In this document: positions 60,283-64,000 of the stretch, piece after piece
Layout of the letters: the number at the start of each line of letters is the position of its first letter
Position numbering within the stretch: position 1 is the stretch's first letter
Assembly (NCBI GenBank): GCA_033286805.1
Contig: GCA_033286805.1_4727.1
From: a phage
DNA length: 64,000 bases
Direction: 5' to 3' (one strand)
The notes under the pieces: model-generated
Told to the model about the DNA's origin: nothing
Databases searched by the model: none
Seen by the model: only the letters and a program-made list of their open reading frames with translations
Position numbers and translations under genes: made by a program

Positions 60283-60645
60283 TTATTCTACGCTGTCTTC
60301 TTCCGTATCTTCCTCTTCGGAACCATCGAATGTTTTCATTGTGACGGTGGTATCCCAGTTAGCCGCGTAATCAGCCATCGCTTCACGCAGCGCTTCTTCA
60401 CCAGCATCACCAGCCAGGTCAAGTACAACCAAACCCTGTGCGACGTTTTGAGCAACGGTATCAATAACGGTTGCATCTTCTTCAAAACTACGTACGGGTT
60501 CAATGGTACCTACATCAACAGCGTAGTTCGTGGTTGCTGTAAACACGGCGACTTGTAGCGCATTGCTATCTTCATCATGCAGTGCTGCTTCAATACCGAT
60601 CGGACGAGCCAGTTCTTGTAGTGTTAATTTGCGAATTAAGTTCAT
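60283..60645 (-). CDS. hypothetical acidic protein
   Basis: 120-aa ORF with highly acidic C-terminus (SEEEDTEEDSVE). Confidence 0.45.
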   Translation of the reverse strand: MNLIRKLTLQELARPIGIEAALHDEDSNALQVAVFTATTNYAVDVGTIEPVRSFEEDATVIDTVAQNVAQGLVVLDLAGDAGEEALREAMADYAANWDTTVTMKTFDGSEEEDTEEDSVE

Positions 60646-60677
60646 TATGTTTTCCTCAGGTGAATGTTAGCAATCGT

Positions 60678-61103
60678 TTAAAACTTTAAAACTTTTTCGA
60701 TACGATGGTTGACGAGTTCATTGAACGACTCTTCAGCTTGTTCGATGATTTCATCAACGTCGATATCTAATTGTTGGGGTTGGATAACATGCTCTTTCAT
60801 GGTTTCCAGCCAGTATTCGGCTTTAATCATGACGTTAGCGACGTGTTCGACCTGGCTGCGTATGTCGACGATCTGGCAGTCAGGATTGTTAATATCGATG
60901 ATGTGTCCGTGGTGGTTGATAAAACCTAGCTTATTTGATGCCCTTACCGCATCGCGGGTAAGTTCTTGCAAGATTAAATTATTAACGTAGTTCACTGCTA
61001 CGGAACGATTTTCGTTATCACTCATACCAGGGATCCTCTTTAAGTCATCACATTCTAGTGTTAAGCAGTTAAAATAAACCGTTCCTTTTATCAGCATAAA
61101 CAT
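60678..61103 (-). CDS. hypothetical protein
   Basis: 141-aa ORF; ATG at 61101-61103 directly abuts the upstream hairpin, so the second ATG at ~61097 may be the real start. Confidence 0.45.
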   Translation of the reverse strand: MFMLIKGTVYFNCLTLECDDLKRIPGMSDNENRSVAVNYVNNLILQELTRDAVRASNKLGFINHHGHIIDINNPDCQIVDIRSQVEHVANVMIKAEYWLETMKEHVIQPQQLDIDVDEIIEQAEESFNELVNHRIEKVLKF

Positions 61104-61132
61104 CCTCCTCCCACCACATGGGTAGGAGGAGG
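61104..61132 (-). terminator. stem-loop abutting a start codon
   Basis: CCTCCTCC / GGAGGAGG stem; on the mRNA the 3' arm GGAGGAGG is followed immediately by AUGUUUAUG. Confidence 0.4.
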
Positions 61133-61143
61133 CGTAATATGCA

Positions 61144-61554
61144 TCAGAAAGGAGGACGATCTTTAAATTCTAGCAACGTGTCTTCGAAGCAAGCGATGAG
61201 TTCAGACTGCAATTCGGTACGGCCTTGTTCACCGAAGAGTTCCAGCAACATTAACCCCCGAGCGGTCTTCGTAGCAACCTCTTCGCAGATGCGGAGATCG
61301 CGAACTTCATCATCGCCGACATCTTTACGTAACTGCGCTGCAATGGGCTTAAGATTACCGTTTTCATCGTGTTCGTCACGAAATGCATCATAAGCCGCAT
61401 CGATGTTCGCGATCCGTGTCAACCCTTCAGAATCCCGCCAGTCTCGATATAATCCAAGCAGACGGTTATGATTCTTCGTTTTGACGTTCGGTGCTGGAAG
61501 GTTGCGCAACAGATGTGGTGTAATCATTGCTATCACGCTATCCGAATGATCCAT
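61144..61554 (-). CDS. hypothetical protein
   Basis: 136-aa ORF. Confidence 0.45.
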   Translation of the reverse strand: MDHSDSVIAMITPHLLRNLPAPNVKTKNHNRLLGLYRDWRDSEGLTRIANIDAAYDAFRDEHDENGNLKPIAAQLRKDVGDDEVRDLRICEEVATKTARGLMLLELFGEQGRTELQSELIACFEDTLLEFKDRPPF

Positions 61555-61565
61555 CGTATACCTCG

Positions 61566-63899
61566 TTAGCTTTCGCAGTCATCTGCGTCGATGATTTGTC
61601 CGCCAGCAACGTTCAGTTGATGATACAGAATCCTCAACGCACGGTTGCCGCCAATGGGATACTTCTCGAAGTTGGTCGCAATAGGAATCGCTGACGGTTT
61701 ATCGGTCGCATAGATGCTTTCAGTGATGCTATCCACCTGTTTTGGATTGTTCGCATAATCCATAAAGACGCTTGCGAACCATCCGCCAGCAAAGGCGGTA
61801 ACTTCGCGATGTTCAGATTCACCACAGTAACGAGTTGGTTGCTCTTTACCCGGAGAACTGTATTTATCGCTATTACTGAGTTTCGACGGTAATCCATGCG
61901 CTTGCAGTTTAGGGATGCCCACCGCTGACCAGTCGTTCGCCGTCTTCTCCAACATCATGATGTACGTGTCACCGATCGCAATATCGTTCTTGGTTGTCCG
62001 CCATTGCCCAGAACGTCCACGATACCGTACAGGACCTTTCTTCAACGGGAACTCACGAATCAGATTCTCCATACGTTCTGAACCTGCTGCGATACTGTCC
62101 GTCGGGATATAAACTTCCGTACCGTGGCGCTGTACGTACCGTAAATGATCCCATTTATCCTCATCCGTGATACAGTATTTTTCAACAACCTGTTCCACGA
62201 ACTCAGGACTGACGATATAGTAGTAGCGCATCAGTGTGTTCCAAGCGGTCTCCAGATCGCCTGCATCCATCACCGGTTTCAGTTCACGCATGATCTGATC
62301 ACCAACGCCGTTGATGTACGGTGCGTTAACACGACTTAAACTCATCCTTTTGATTACCGTACTATCGTCGAACATGAAGTCCGCAACGTTACCCCATTGG
62401 TCGACCGGCATTTCATCGTCTTCCATGATGTCGGTTACGACGAATTTATCACCCGCCATACCGGTGAATTTAAACCCGATACCTGGAACGACGTCGTACG
62501 TGTACGTGATGGTCACACGCCAATCATCGAGATTCTCTTTGCGGTAATCGCGAGTCGGTAGCACATGACGTAGCTGTCCGTTGGGATTGCGGATATCAAT
62601 ACCATGTTCAGCATCAGCCAGGTTCAACCACCACATCACCGTTTGATGATGACGTATCGGCGTACCAACGCGTTCACGTTCGTACTTACGAACAGCATCC
62701 TGAATCCGGGTGTAAAGCAAACCGATTGCGTTCTCGTATTTCAGGAATTGACGATACGGAGGACGCATCTTCTCTTCCATCATAATCGCACGCTCGCGGG
62801 CTTGACGTCCAGAACGACGATGTCGATCGCTGACAACATCGATATCCGTTACACGCGCATTCGGTTCCGCGTAAGTGAGGTCATCGTAAACATAATCCAC
62901 GCGCTGAAGATTACACGTCATCATGTCAACAACGCTAAGGATAGGATCGATTTCGCGTGTTGCTGCGAGTAACCCATCCTTACGAATACGCTCACCGTTC
63001 TCGGGTATTGCTTGATATACCTCGTCATCACCGTAGAGATTGATTGGGTATCGCGATTTACCTGACGTGATTGTTCGCTTCTCAATACCGGTACTGGTGA
63101 AATGCTTCAATACACCACGACGGGCAACGCCACCATCTTCAATACACTGATAGAAGCTACCGAAACACACCTTGCAATCGCGACCGTAGCCCCACTCGCG
63201 CGTTTCTTGATTGATCGCTGGGCTTTCCATCAAACGAGAATATCGCGGTACGATCTGGCCTCGACGGAGGGAATGGAACAAGTTGGTTGGTCGAAAACGG
63301 AAACCGTACTGCTGATGCATGATGTGATGCTCAGGCACTTCGAGCAAACGCAGTTCGTGACGGTTACCATCCTCTTGGTTTTCATACAGCACGTAATGCA
63401 TCGTGTTTGTTTTGATGCTGTTTGCTGTATGCCCCGGTTGGAAACGTGGGATGATATCTATGATGCGAGATTCAACTGGAAACTCTACTGACCACGTGTT
63501 CTGTCCGTACTGGTATTCGATCCCCGTCGTCAGTCGGGACGGTTTCGCATCTTTGATAACCAACGCTTGGCTAAGATGTCCACCAAACATCGCAGCGCGC
63601 TGTGCTGAGTTATAATGCAATAGCCCGTTAAGTCCTGTCCCTACGCCAGTATACTCCTGTTTAATGGGAATGATTTTACCTTCAGCGATTGCCTGCTTCA
63701 CAGATTCATAAAGAGGTTTTTCTTTATAATGCATAGGACTTCCTATTATCGAATTGAGGTACGTCATGTCTAACACGCCCCTGAACGACTTTCTTAAGAC
63801 AAACCCCGATGACCTCATCCACGATCTTGATTTCAGGAACGTTGTTGAGATGCATCTGGAATATTTCAAAAATGCCGGACTGGTCTCTACGATAGACAT
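61566..63899 (-). CDS. divergent multisubunit RNA polymerase beta subunit fragment (C-terminal portion)
   Basis: [20 protein letters not shown] aligns with E. coli beta [46 protein letters not shown] with [52 protein letters not shown] with [22 protein letters not shown]. Start could be 63899 or the internal ATG at ~63734. Confidence 0.7.
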   Translation of the reverse strand: [777 protein letters not shown]

Positions 63900-64000
63900 A
63901 CCACCCGAACGCGCCTACGAATTCGATGGTAACTTTTATGGATTGTGTCGTGTTCTGCTCGGTGAGGGCAGTGAACCAATGCACTGGATAACCATGAGAC

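Noticed and set aside
63756-64000. Plus-strand open frame starting at ATG 63756 and running off the window, and minus-strand ORF 63724..63984
   Set aside because: Both overlap the N-terminal region of the RNAP beta-like gene if it starts at 63899. The beta alignment extends into that region, so neither was called, but this remains unresolved if beta actually starts at ~63734.

Overview
This window reads as a densely packed segment of a large tailed bacteriophage genome, probably a jumbo phage of an enterobacterial host; no rRNA, tRNA, CRISPR array or transposon was seen. About 75 co-oriented minus-strand genes run from 2005 to 49649, a short plus-strand cluster covers 49858-53490, and minus-strand genes resume from 53564 to the window end. 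Confidently recognised products are an NAD-dependent DNA ligase, a thymidylate synthase, a long tail fiber with its assembly chaperone, and highly divergent fragments of the multisubunit RNA polymerase beta and beta-prime subunits. The beta-prime gene is translationally coupled to a helicase whose Walker A motif is interrupted by a LAGLIDADG intein. The most unusual content is a six-gene tandem array of paralogous Myb/SANT-like DNA-binding proteins (26284-29048), a family of intergenic GC-rich hairpins followed by a conserved TTTATG motif, and several other paralog families. All calls rest on reading motifs by eye; no database search was run. The ORF track extends starts to GTG/TTG codons, so most start coordinates are approximate. 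Hairpin coordinates are good to about 2 nt.
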